Below, piece after piece: positions 1 through 11,312 of a stretch of 64,000 nt of DNA (its first letter is position 1; every line of letters starts with the position of its first letter). Both the position numbers and the translations under genes were made by a program. The notes under the pieces are model-generated. The model did no database searches. It saw only the letters and a list, made by a program, of their open reading frames with translations, and was not told where the DNA came from. Source of the stretch: Thecamonas trahens ATCC 50062 (Eukaryota > Protista > Apusomonadida); assembly GCF_000142905.1 (NCBI RefSeq), contig NW_013657653.1, forward strand, positions 1-64,000. Reading direction: 5' to 3'.

Positions 1-220
1 TAACCCTAATCTCTCTAACCCTAACCCTAACCCTAACCCTAACCCTAACCCTAACCCTAACCCTAACCCTAACCCTAACCCTAACCCTAACCCTAACCCT
101 AACCCTAACCCTAACCCTAACCCTAACCCTAACCCTAACCCTAACCCTAACCCTAACCCTAACCCTAACCCTAACCCTAACCCTAACCCTAACCCTAACC
201 CTAACCCTAACCCTAACCCT
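1..220 (+). repeat. Telomeric repeat array (CCCTAA)n, i.e. (TTAGGG)n on the minus strand; chromosome end
   Basis: Near-perfect tandem TAACCC hexamers from the first base to about 220. Degenerate copies (cctaaccctag, caaccctag) occur at about 259-290. Confidence 0.99.
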
Positions 221-2094
221 TAAACGAGTGCGAGGCATTATGCCTGGGGTTTATGCCTCCTAACCCTAGCTGATGCCTCGTCAACCCTAGCCCCACTCCA
301 TTTCTCCCCGCCGTCCACTACCCACTCCACTTGCCACTCACTGCCCCCTTGCCACCCCTACCCATCCCATCCATGACCCATATCCACAGTCCCACTCACC
401 CCACCATACTCATTCTTCACCGCACCATGCGCATGGCTGTGCATGGGCATGAACTGAGTCTTTGATTCTGATTCACAATCTCCATCCCCCATTGACACTT
501 GCCCGTGTCACTCGTTCGACCGAGTCGCATGTGCGGGTTGGTGGGTGACATGAATGTCATTCAACATTTTCATGATTCGCCACTCGTCACTCGCTCGATT
601 GTTTGACATTCAATTGATTGTTGTTGATCATTGTTAATTGATGATTCGATTCTTTCTTATTTTTTTGTTGTTGGCTATCCATGTTCTTTGTTCTTTGCCG
701 TTCATGTTTGCACATGCTTTGTTGTTGCTATTGTCGGCCTTCATGTTCTGCTTTGTTGCTCTTGCCTTTGATGGTTGACTACAATCGACATGCATTCCCA
801 TTCATCATTCCTTTCGCTCTTGTTGTTGCTTTGTTTTATTTTTCGTCATGCTTCATTTGTTCTTGACTCCCCTGTTTTCGTCGACCTTGACTTCCACTTC
901 CACCATCGGGCCTTGCTCACTACACCATCGATTCTCAACTTTGTTGTCGTTGGCCATGGTCAATAGTTTTGCATGCAATGTATTTTGTTTTGACCCTGTT
1001 GTGTCGTGGTCATGGCTGATCTGCAGATCTGATCGATCAACCGCGGTCTGCCTCATCGACCTGAACGTCACCCGAGTTCATCCCATTGCCTGCTAGCTTT
1101 GTCCAGTCCCTGTTGGCTTACTCATACGTGTGCTGTGCAAGCCATGTATGATCTTTGGTTGTTGTTGTGGACGTCATTGCCTCGTTTGATGCTGGTTCCG
1201 GCTTTTCTTCAATGAATTCAACGTTCAACTCAATTAACGTCCGCCGCTTTCCCTCTGCCGGCCAAGTACCCGCCGCCCCTATCGCCCACACCCCACACAC
1301 ACCCATTAGCCGCATCATACTCACCTTCATCAATGCTCAAGCCCAATCGCCATACCTACTACCATTTCGCCCGTCACGACCCCACGTCACGACCCCCCTC
1401 ATCCCCCCCTACCATACTCATTACCACCCATCACCCACAAACAACCACCCCCACCCCCTCCCCCACCACCATCACTATCATCCCAGCCACAGCCCCCACC
1501 CTCATTCCGTGGCCATCGCGACCACCATCCCATCGCGCACTCGGCTTCCTCTTCCTCCTCCTCCTCCTCCTCTCCTCGCTCCAACTCACCCACATCCCCA
1601 TCCCGACCCCGACACCGGCATCCCTCAACCATCACAAGTCATACTGCCCAATCTCCAACCAACAGCAATCTCGAGCCATCCAGCCTCGACACAGCCCCCT
1701 CAGCTGCCCCTTCTTCGCCGACCACCAGCCGCCAGCCGCCGCCCGCTCGCCCGATCAGCCCATCTTCATCACCACCTAGCTCCTTCCTACTACCAGCTAC
1801 GCTACCCACAACTTCACCCAATGTCATCACACACCTCACACTATCACCAGTATCAATATCGCTGTCATCGACACCCATCGACCTCGGCTCATTTCCGCGT
1901 TGACTTGTTTAACCTAGGTGGTTGAGCACGCTCTCGACCGCTCGACCCCGGACACGCCCCCCATCACACTCATTGCAAGATATACCCAATCGTATTTCAC
2001 CACTACCCTTCTACATATCCACACTACCCCCTTGACGCCGCCCTTGCCGGTCCACTCGCCCATGCCGCATCACGCTGTCTGCAGCCGGCCGCCT

Positions 2095-3705
2095 TCATTG
2101 CAATGCACTGCCAAACGCAGGCTGCTCAAAGCACCGCGTCAGCGCTTCCTGGCTCTCGCTATCCTGAAGCATGTGCGCCGTCGCCAGCCAACCTGTCGTG
2201 TACGAATGAAGTTCGCGGAGCGAGCTTTGGAGCGACCACAATCGATGGTGGCTTGGCCGCTTGACATTGTCGAGGAGGTGCAATACAGAGAGGAGGAATC
2301 CGTCGTGCCGATGGTTGGTGAGAAATCCACTGAGCACGCTCAGAGTCTCGCCCACGGTAGCCAGGAGCGCATACAGTTGCGCGTCGCACACCGAGTACTG
2401 TGAGAGCGTGTGCCGCGAGCCGGAGTGGATGCTGGCGTGTGCCAGCTCTTGTACGCACTCAAACACGAGATCCATGCTTGCGTCCACTGCGATCTCGATC
2501 ATCGACTGCGAGACGAGGTCAAAATCGATGCTATCCTCGCCCCATTCGTCTTTCAGTGCCCCGCCATGGCCAGCGAATAGCTCGGCGAGACCGTCCCGGA
2601 TCGAGGTGTGAAGGAGGCTGGCAAGCTCGCGTCGGAACCCGCAGAGAATCCGCGCCTCCGTACTATCGCTCTCGTCGACCGCAAAGCTCGCCATCGATGC
2701 CAGCCGAGACGACTGTCGTGGTATCGGTCCTGTGACTGGACTCTGTCTTGTCTGAGCAAACGACACCCGCCCGACTCTGAGCTTAGGCGGCAGCTTCACG
2801 CTCAGTGCATGGTGACTCGACGAGGCCGACTCGTCGTCCGAGTCATCGCTGGACCAGCTCCTGCCCGCGGCCACCTGCAGCCGCACCGCACTCTCCTGTC
2901 GCCGCATCAGTGTGGCGTTGGCCCTGGCTGTGGGCGATGCCGGCTCTGGACCTGGCGACTCGCTCCGACGCGCACACTCTAGAAAATGAGCGTGTTCGTC
3001 CGCATCGCTCGCTGCCGCAAAGACCGACGACGTCGGCAGGATGTCTGGGCGGATGATGGCCGGAATGACCGGCGCCAGTTTGCCGACGTACCTCCGCACT
3101 CGCCCTGGCCGCCCTGGTTTGCGCATCACAGCACTCCGCCGGATCCCCGACGGCATCCGCTCGAGCCCGCGCCCGGTCGCATGCGCTGCCCGCCGCCCGG
3201 TCGACTGCGGGACCACGCCGCGCTGCCGTGTCCGCACCCCAAGCTGGACCGGTGTCGCCGGCCGCTGCCGTAGCCTTCCACGCGTCAGCTCCAGCTCGCG
3301 CTCCAACGCCCGACGCAACCCAAACTTGGAGTTGATCAGTACATTGACGTTGGGATGCAGCGCCGGTGACGTGACGAGCGGTGCGCTCCGCGGAAGTCGT
3401 GCCTTGATCGGCGACGCCTTGGCCACCTCCATAGCCACATAGTTGACCGACTTGCGCTCGTTGGCACGCTTGCGCAATCGTGCATGCCCTTGGTGCCTCG
3501 TATCCGGTCCAGATGGGATGCTCACCGCGGCGACTGTGCTCTCATTGCCTTCCCTGCTTGCGTTGCAACTTTGCTCCCTGCCACGTGCCGGCACCACCAC
3601 CAACTCCCGAGCCGCCCGCGGTCTCACGCGCCGCCTCCGCCGCTTGTCCACCACCACCTGTAACCCTACCCATTTGTCCACACCTCCATCTCCTTCTTCG
3701 CTCAT
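2095..3705 (-). CDS. Hypothetical protein (about 536 aa), basic/disordered N-half and helical C-terminal domain
   Basis: Long ORF 2095..3732; first ATG (MSEEG) at 3705. The C-terminal ~190 aa look like a folded helical domain. No family recognised. Confidence 0.6.
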   Translation of the reverse strand: MSEEGDGGVDKWVGLQVVVDKRRRRRVRPRAARELVVVPARGREQSCNASREGNESTVAAVSIPSGPDTRHQGHARLRKRANERKSVNYVAMEVAKASPIKARLPRSAPLVTSPALHPNVNVLINSKFGLRRALERELELTRGRLRQRPATPVQLGVRTRQRGVVPQSTGRRAAHATGRGLERMPSGIRRSAVMRKPGRPGRVRRYVGKLAPVIPAIIRPDILPTSSVFAAASDADEHAHFLECARRSESPGPEPASPTARANATLMRRQESAVRLQVAAGRSWSSDDSDDESASSSHHALSVKLPPKLRVGRVSFAQTRQSPVTGPIPRQSSRLASMASFAVDESDSTEARILCGFRRELASLLHTSIRDGLAELFAGHGGALKDEWGEDSIDFDLVSQSMIEIAVDASMDLVFECVQELAHASIHSGSRHTLSQYSVCDAQLYALLATVGETLSVLSGFLTNHRHDGFLLSVLHLLDNVKRPSHHRLWSLQSSLRELHSYTTGWLATAHMLQDSESQEALTRCFEQPAFGSALQ

Positions 3706-3827
3706 GTCCTTCACGCGGCGGTCCCTGGTCACGGGCCACTGTTCCGTTGCCTACCACCGCGTTGAGACGAGTTGCCAGTTTGCCATTGACCCGCAGCTTG
3801 GTTCACTCGCCTGCCAATTTATCGTTG

Positions 3828-5863
3828 CTACAATTGTGCCTCCACAAGCACACGGTATCGCGCCAAGAGGTCAGCCGAGATCGCAGAGACAGGCTCGGGC
3901 CGTGGCACTGGGTCATGTCGGGTACTGCCGGTGTACACCGTGTCCGGCTGGAGATGCAGGATGCGCTGGACTCGCGACGACGGCTGCGCAAACGCATTAA
4001 GGCCAAAAATCCGCGGCGGGCCGAGGATCGAGCTGCCGAGCACGAGTCCGCCACGCCCGCTGCGCCCGCTCACGCTGCTGCCGTCGCCGCGCCCGCCTTC
4101 GCTGCGTCCGCCACTGGCGATTCGCTCCGGGGCGGCAATGTTGTGGGGATCAAACTTGGCAAAGAGCGACTCGCTCGTGCCAGCAGAACTCGCCTGCGGC
4201 AAGTGATGCCGCGGCGAGGCGAGACTCGACTCGAGCGCCGCCTCGGGCTTGGCAACCTGCGGCGAGGCAAGCAGCCCGTTCGCCACCCGCTCCGACTTGA
4301 GCGCTGCGAGCGAAATTGCTGCCGCGCCGTTCGGGCCAGCCATCTCCGAATGGGTGGCCAAAGGCGAGAGCGCAGCTCGGCTACCGGCCCGCGGCGACGC
4401 CCGCGACGACTTGTACGCCTCCGACTGCGAACCGTACGTCTGCGAGATGGTTGGCCGCCCACGGGTCTCCGCCGCGTTGCGTGGCACCGCGAGTGCAAAG
4501 ACTTGCTTGCGATAGAGCGGGCACTTGTCGGCCTTTGGGAGGTTCTGGATGAGGAATGCGACCGTGTTGTTGGCAAAGCCAAAAAGGCTGGGCCCGAGAT
4601 CGACGACGCTGACAGCATGTTGTCTGTCTGGCCGAGTCGGATCTTGGTGTCGTTGACGCTCGCCAGAGCCTGCCGCCACACTCCGGTCGCCGAGTCGCCC
4701 TCAAACGCCTCATTGGCGCGGTCGGACGGGGTGAGCCGGAAAATTGGCTTGTGCCCGCCGTCGGCAATCTCGCAGTAGTATGGCACCCTCACCTCAGGGT
4801 CGACGATTGACGGGAACTTGCGGACCGACCGGAAGCCGACCGGCCAGATGTACTTTGTCGAGTGGAAGCCCGGCCGGTCGTGGACAATCTTCCCGAGCGC
4901 AATGACCACCGTATGCCCAATCTCCACCGGCATTACAGGCATGCCGTGCTCGTCATACTCTGGCTCGGCCTTGATGAACCGGACTTGCGTCCGAGGAAGC
5001 CCGGACGCCTCATACTCCTCGTGGCTCATCAGACGCGGCACGACCACGCCCTCGGGCGCTGCGTAGTTCATCCGCTTGGCTCGCTTTGGCGACCGGTCGT
5101 CGCCTTCGCCGTCGCCGCCCACCCCTCCGCTTCGCTTTGCCGACGACGCGCTAGCCTTCTTCGACGACCGCTTGCGCTTGCGCGGCACGCTCGTGTTGCC
5201 GGACCGCGATGCCGCCGCCGCCAGTGCGCGCTGCTTGCGGATGTCCTCCTCTGCCGACGCCCGAAGCTCGGCGTCCATTGGAATGTAGTTGGCGAGATCA
5301 CTGATACCCGGCAGCGACTCGATAAGCGCCCGGGTGATCGACGACGAGAAGCCGTAAAAGTGCGGTCCCGAGACGTTAAACGAGATCCCGCGCGCCTCGT
5401 TGACAATCTTCGAGAACGGCGTCCATGCTCCGGTCGCGTTGTCAGCATGCGTCGCCGACTCGGGATTGTCTGCTGGTGTGACTCGGAAAATGGGCGCTCT
5501 CCCGCCAGCATCAATAACCTCCGAGGTGTACGTCGTGTGCTCAGTCGGGTTCACCGCCGACCACCACGACCGCGACGACTTGTACCCGGCCGGGTACACG
5601 TACTTGCGCGAGTGGAACGCCAGCCGGTCCACCACAATAGACCCCAGCCGAAGCAGTGTTACTCCTGCTCCCACAGGCAGCGGCAGAATGCTCTCCGGCC
5701 CCGTGTTGCTCCCGCCGCCACTGCCGGCCTCGTCCGACCCGCTACCACCACCACCACCACCGCCACCGACACCGCTGTCGCCGCTGCCGCCGCCTTGCGA
5801 GCCCTGTACTTTCTCGCTCGCCACCTCCATGGCCTTAACCTGTCCACTCTCCCCTTGGCTCAT
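3828..5863 (-). CDS. Tandem FYR (FYRN+FYRC) domain protein, TBRG1-like; frameshift at about 4581-4585
   Basis: Two copies of the FYR signature: LGSIVVDRLAFHSRKYVYPAGY...SGPHFYGFS and LGKIVHDRPGFHSTKYIWPVGF...SGPA. Adding one T to the T5 run joins ORF 4070..5965 to ORF 3828..4679 and restores SGPAFFGFANNTVAFLIQNLP. Confidence 0.85.
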
Positions 5864-5991
5864 TGCGAAGCAGGCCAAACCGGAACAGAGAGCGAGGTGG
5901 TCAACGGTGTGGCCTCTCATCCTCTCACCCCTCATTCCCACCCTTTGCTCCTCACGCCGAGCCAATCAACGCCACACATGCGAAGCATTTA

Positions 5992-7479
5992 CTAGAACAG
6001 AATCGCCATCATCGACGTATGCCCGTCGGACCGGGCAATGGTCTCGGCAATCGGGATCTCGGCCCGGCACATCGGACACGTCTTGTTGTAGTGGAACCAC
6101 TCGGTGACGCACGACTCGCAGAACATGTGCTTGCACGGCAGAATGACCGCGTCCTCAAAGTCGTCCTGGCAGATCGGGCAAATGTCGCCGTGCTCCATAA
6201 TCTGCGCCTTGGTCGCCGGGACCGAGAACTGGTTGTGCGCCCGCCACAGTGCGAGCAGCGAGTCGAGGTACAGCGCCACGTGCTCTGTCAGTAGATACAG
6301 CTTGGACGCCACGTACTGGAGCGTGAGCAGCGCAGAGAGGACAACTCCGTAGTCCTGCGTCGTAAAGTACGTGTACCACAGTGGGATTGGGAGCACAGAC
6401 CGGTACAGGTTGAGCGTCAGCTCGATCATCGAGAGTATCTGCCCGCGCTCGCGCGTCGCGCCCCAGTTCGACCACCACATCACCACACCAGCCTTGAGTG
6501 CAATCGCCACAAACCGAACGCAGAAATCATTGAGCACCAGCGCCCACACAATCGCGTCGAGCGGAAGCGGCTCGGGCGGCGGAAGCAGCAGTAGCCGCTT
6601 GTCAAGGTCTGCTGACCGGAACAGCTTCTGCACCACCGCAACATGCACAACCATCGCCGCGAGAATGCCCGCGAGCACTCCCCGTGACCGCTCTGCCCGT
6701 CGCGCAACATGCACCTTGAGGTGCACGTTTGAAAAGTAAAACACAGTCCCCAGCCACAGGCTCACCGCAATGCCCACCAAGTGATGGAACATAAAAATCG
6801 TCAGAAGAATGAGCACAAACGGCACTCCAGACTCCACCAGCTGCCGGAACGATGGCAACTCGACCTGTGGCATTTCCTCACCGCCAAACGACCGCCCGGA
6901 CATCATCGAGAGCGACCGCGAGTGCCGTGCAGACCGCGGCGTGCCTGCCGACGACGCCATCGGCGCCGAGTCGTCTGCCCCGTCATCAATCCCATCACCA
7001 CCGCCACCGCCGCCGCCGCCGCCGCCAATCCTACTTCCTTCCACAAGCGGAAACGCCAGCGGCGGCAAGCCCGTAGGCGTCGCCTGCGGCGACAGCAGTG
7101 GCCGCGACATCGATGACCCGTCACCGCTCGAGATTGACCCGTGCCCGCCGCCGCCATCGCCGGCCCCGTCCGGCAAATGCAGATACTCTGCCCTGCCGCC
7201 GCCGCCGCTTCCGCCAACGCCACTCGCCCCTGTCCCTCCTGAAACCGGCGGATACGTGTAGCCGTCAAAGCTCGTCTGTGGCGGATGCGGACGCGGACGC
7301 TGGGATGGATCCAGAGCCGACCCATACGTGTCCAGCAGGCGATCCAGATACTGGGTCGACGACGTCCGGGTCATACGGATCGTGTTCACCACATCCTGCA
7401 TGTCCGAGATAAAGTTCGATGATGGCGAAGTCCGCATCCGACTCCGTCGCCCGCGCCACTCGCTGCCCAAGAACGACAT
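5992..7479 (-). CDS. RING finger and transmembrane domain protein (RNFT1/RNFT2-like E3 ligase)
   Basis: Several TM helices, then a C3HC4 RING (CPICQDDFEDAVILPCKHMFCESCVTEWFHYNKTCPMC) and an RNFT-type C-terminus (SDGHTSMMAILF). Start codon uncertain. Confidence 0.85.
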   Translation of the reverse strand: MSFLGSEWRGRRSRMRTSPSSNFISDMQDVVNTIRMTRTSSTQYLDRLLDTYGSALDPSQRPRPHPPQTSFDGYTYPPVSGGTGASGVGGSGGGGRAEYLHLPDGAGDGGGGHGSISSGDGSSMSRPLLSPQATPTGLPPLAFPLVEGSRIGGGGGGGGGGDGIDDGADDSAPMASSAGTPRSARHSRSLSMMSGRSFGGEEMPQVELPSFRQLVESGVPFVLILLTIFMFHHLVGIAVSLWLGTVFYFSNVHLKVHVARRAERSRGVLAGILAAMVVHVAVVQKLFRSADLDKRLLLLPPPEPLPLDAIVWALVLNDFCVRFVAIALKAGVVMWWSNWGATRERGQILSMIELTLNLYRSVLPIPLWYTYFTTQDYGVVLSALLTLQYVASKLYLLTEHVALYLDSLLALWRAHNQFSVPATKAQIMEHGDICPICQDDFEDAVILPCKHMFCESCVTEWFHYNKTCPMCRAEIPIAETIARSDGHTSMMAILF

Positions 7480-7972
7480 GGCTCCACCTTGCTCACGCCC
7501 ACCCACGCGCGCGCACCTTTGCCTTTCCCCCTGCCTTGGTCCTTGGTCCTTCCCTCGCTCACGGAACCACCACGCCAGCCACGACCAAGAAGGTACCCGC
7601 CGTACCTCGAATGACCTTCCCTTGGGTCACAGAGAGTGGTGGTGTCGGGAGCCTCGGCCTGGCCTCCACCTGGCCTCTGAGCGCCTGCTCCGCCGTCGAT
7701 CGAGCCATTCTCGCCCGTCTTCTTCGTCTCTTCTTCGTTCCGGGGCATAACACCGATACAGAAGACCATCACACACCGAAATCCTACCCAACAACCATCA
7801 TCTGCCTACCAGCTCAACTGATGCGTACCATGCCGTCAATCCGTCCATCCCCCACACCCACACCCCACACCCCCACACCCAACTCGTCTACCGCTTGGCA
7901 CTCGCTCCACACCCACCACTATCACCACCTCACCCTACCCCACACCCCCACACCCCCACACCCCACACCCAC

Positions 7973-10806
7973 ATGGCCCACGACTTGCATGAAGTCGATG
8001 AGGAGACGTACATGGACTCGCTTGGCCACTTTCCGGACGAGCTCTTTGAAGACTATGTCGACATGGGCGGGTTGTATGACGACCCGTACTACGACGACTT
8101 CTGCGATAGTGCCCTGCTGCTGACCCATCCGGACTATATACTCGAACACGACAGCGAAGGCTATTTTACTGACTCGGATCTCGAGTACGAGTACGACGAC
8201 ATTGACTCGCTCATCGATGCTCATGAGCCGGCTCTCATCGATCACCTCGAGCTCAAGCACGCCACTGAAGCTGCTAGAGACGATGATGTCGTCAAGTTCC
8301 GCAATCATGTTGCAAACTACATCCGCTTGGTATGGAACACTGCCGAGTCAGGCGCTGAGCCCGCTGCTGTCACCGAGGATGACTTTGCTGCTGCTTTCGC
8401 CAATGATCATCGCCTGCGGTCGGCTCGCCTTGCCCATCAGGCCGTCATATCGAACTCGATGAATGTCATGACCTTTTTGCTTGGCTTCAGCGATGTCAAC
8501 GACCTGTGCCCGCTCTTTTTTCGCCACATCGATCGCGTGTCTGTCGACATGATCGACCTTGTCGTCTCTGCAGGCATCCGCTACAACCTCGATGGGCCGT
8601 ACGTCGCCGCCTCTGGGGCTCTCGCCGTCTCGTGGGATACCTTTGCTGTCGCCCACCGCGTTGTAACAGTTCTTGCCGAGCCGTCCATCACCTTTGCTAC
8701 GCTCCCGCCGTGGTTCATCCCCACCGTCCGCCACTACCTTGGGGTCCGCCTCAAATGGGACGACGGCACCGGCCGCCGCATCCCATTCAGGCCTCCGCCG
8801 CCTCTCTGCCGCTCGTGCAACTTTCAAGCCACCTCGTTCTCCAAACTCGCATACCACTGCATTTCCAGGCGCCATCTGCCGAGCGCTACAAACCTGGTTG
8901 AACTGGAGGCTGCTGAAGCTTCCCGGCCGACCGAGCCGTGCCCACAGCATGTACTCGCCGAGAGCCATGCTGCAGGAACAGCGATCAAGCTCGCTCCCAC
9001 CGCCGATGCTAGCGACATTTGGCATCCGGCGCACGAGCCGCATCTTACCCCTCCCGAGCTCGCTGCCGCTGCCGCCGAGCTTGCGGTGTCGATCCCGCTT
9101 CTGAAGTCACGGCCTGACCACCTCTCTGTCGCTGACGAAGGCATTGCCGGCACGTCGCAGGCTGGTGACGCCGACGAAGAGCTCGCGTTCATATCACAGG
9201 CCTGGGACGAAGCACTTCGCCTGCTCCGCATTTTTCTACGCGCTACATGCGTGTCTCCGCCCTCCACAAGGTCATCGAGCGTCAGATCACCGCGCCGGAC
9301 GCCACACCCGCTGCCGCGGCTGCAGGCTGGGTTCACATGCGGTATGTGGCCATCTCTGTGTGTAATGTCGACCTGCTTACGCATGCCCATGCCCAGGCGC
9401 CGCCAGCAGGGCTGACGAACCCGCCGCCGCCGCTGCTCTTGGTTGCGGTCAGGAGCCAGGCCTGGCCGGTCATCGAGTACCTTATTGAGACACTGCCACG
9501 TGACCAATTGTTGCGCAATTGGGGCGATAGCACCGAGAAGGCGGCATCGTTTGTGACTGCCCTCACTGGCGCCGTGGTTTCGCCAAGCAAGACAGCCATG
9601 CTCATCGAGTACCTGGGTGGCGAGCTCATCACATCGACGGTTGCAGTCGACACCGGTCTTGGCTCGCCGTTTGAGGCGCTGGTGTGCTCGCCGGCAATGC
9701 CCGAGGTTTTCAACCTCTACATCGACTACGTCGACTGCACCTCGTTCCAACTTCCTGCTGACGTTGTGCCCGACCTGTTCTCGTCTGCTGTCTTTGACGC
9801 CCTCATCGCCGCCGGCATGGTGGACTTGCGCGAGGATGACGCGGACCATGTTGTCATCAGCCTCTTCCGCGCTGACGAGACCAGCCTCGGCCTGCTCCAT
9901 GCAGTCCTCGCGTACCTTGCCAAGACGTGGAACTACATGCCGCCGGACAATATGCTGTACAAGGCCGTCTCGCTCGCGTCGCCGGCAACGGTCCTCGACA
10001 CGCTGGTCGCGTATGGCTGCGAGCCATGGAGCTCGGCCTTCCGCCCACTCATTGCCGTTGCCATTGCCAACGGCGACGTTTACACCTTTGAGTGGCTCAT
10101 CGACCGCTACAACGTCGACAGCCAGTTCTTTGTCAACTCTCCGCGCAACTGCCTCCTTCCCCATGTGATGCGTGATGACGGCCTCGCCCGGATCTTCCAT
10201 CACAACGACATCCGTTTCCTCGAGCGCCTGGCTACCAAGCCAGTCGGCGGCTATCCGAACTTGTTTGTTTGTGCATGCAGCGAACTCCCGGATCAGTCGC
10301 TCGACGCCGGGTTGAGCTCTCTCATCCACGACGCAGCCTGCAAATCTGCCAGTGACTGCCTCTACTTTCTCCTCTCGGGGGGCCTCGCGCCAATCACTCC
10401 GTTTGACGCCGCCGAGCATGCTCGCTCTGTGAGCAAGAGTCTCATGCCCCCTGGCACCTGCCACGACGCCACCTCTGACGCCATTGCCACCCTCGTTGCT
10501 GCCGCAGAGTTTGGCGGCACCATTCCGTCGCGCGCTGTCAGCACTCCGTCACTCCGCCTGCTAGCCAAGCCGTCCGACTTTGCTCGCCTCAGCACCCTCT
10601 ACTACGACCGACGCGCCGGCTGGTCGCCTGCCCGCCACCACTCGTTCCCCAAGTACGTTCGCGATGCCGTTTTTGCCATCCTGGTCATCACACAGACCTG
10701 GATCGACTGCCCAGATGGCACCCGCATCAAGAAGTACGCCGACCAGTGCTGGCTCTGCAATCTTCCCAACGAGCTTGTCTTCCTCATTTGTAAGTTCCTC
10801 TTCTAA
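7973..10806 (+). CDS. Hypothetical protein with C2H2 zinc finger, degenerate ankyrin-like helical repeats and C-terminal F-box-like motif; frameshift at about 9231-9235
   Basis: ORFs 7895..9415 and 9247..10806 join if one T is added to TTTTT. Contains CRSCNFQATSFSKLAYHCISRRH (C2H2), helical repeats such as IAVAIANGDVYTFEWLIDRY, and the C-terminus WSPARHHSFPKYVRDAVFAIL...LPNELVFLICKFLF. Confidence 0.7.
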
Positions 10807-11005
10807 CGTCACCACACAAGCCAATACACTACCGTCGCGGGAGCCACCGCATCCACACTTTACCGACAGTCTGCATCGCCGCCTGGCCCATGCCATCAGC
10901 CGCAAATCAGCCACGCCAGCTGCCATCACCCATCACCCGACCGACGCCACCACCTTGGCCCCCCGCACTTTGAGCCAATCACGAGTACACTCAACCCCAC
11001 CAGCC

Positions 11006-11277
11006 ATGGGCAAGACCAGTGGACCAACGTCCAAGGTTGCCGCCAAGCGGGCACGGCGTGCAGCAGCGGCAGCAGCAGCCAAGAAAGCATCCACAGCCTT
11101 TGAGACCCGCTCGGTCAAGACCAAGTTTGACGTCGTCGGCCAGCGTAGGGTCCCGGGCGCCACCACCCAGAACATCGCCATCTCGCGGACCCGTGGTCTG
11201 GAGAAGGTACATTACCCGCCACCCCCACTCCCCCATCCCATCTTCCCCTCCTCCATACCCCCTTCGCCCCTCCTATC

Positions 11278-11312
<35 letters not shown>

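Noticed and set aside
681-2060. Short subtelomeric ORFs (e.g. 1155..1925, His/Pro-rich) or a telomere-targeted retroelement
   Set aside because: Low-complexity C/A-rich sequence with no RT, endonuclease or gag motifs and no coding-type codon bias.
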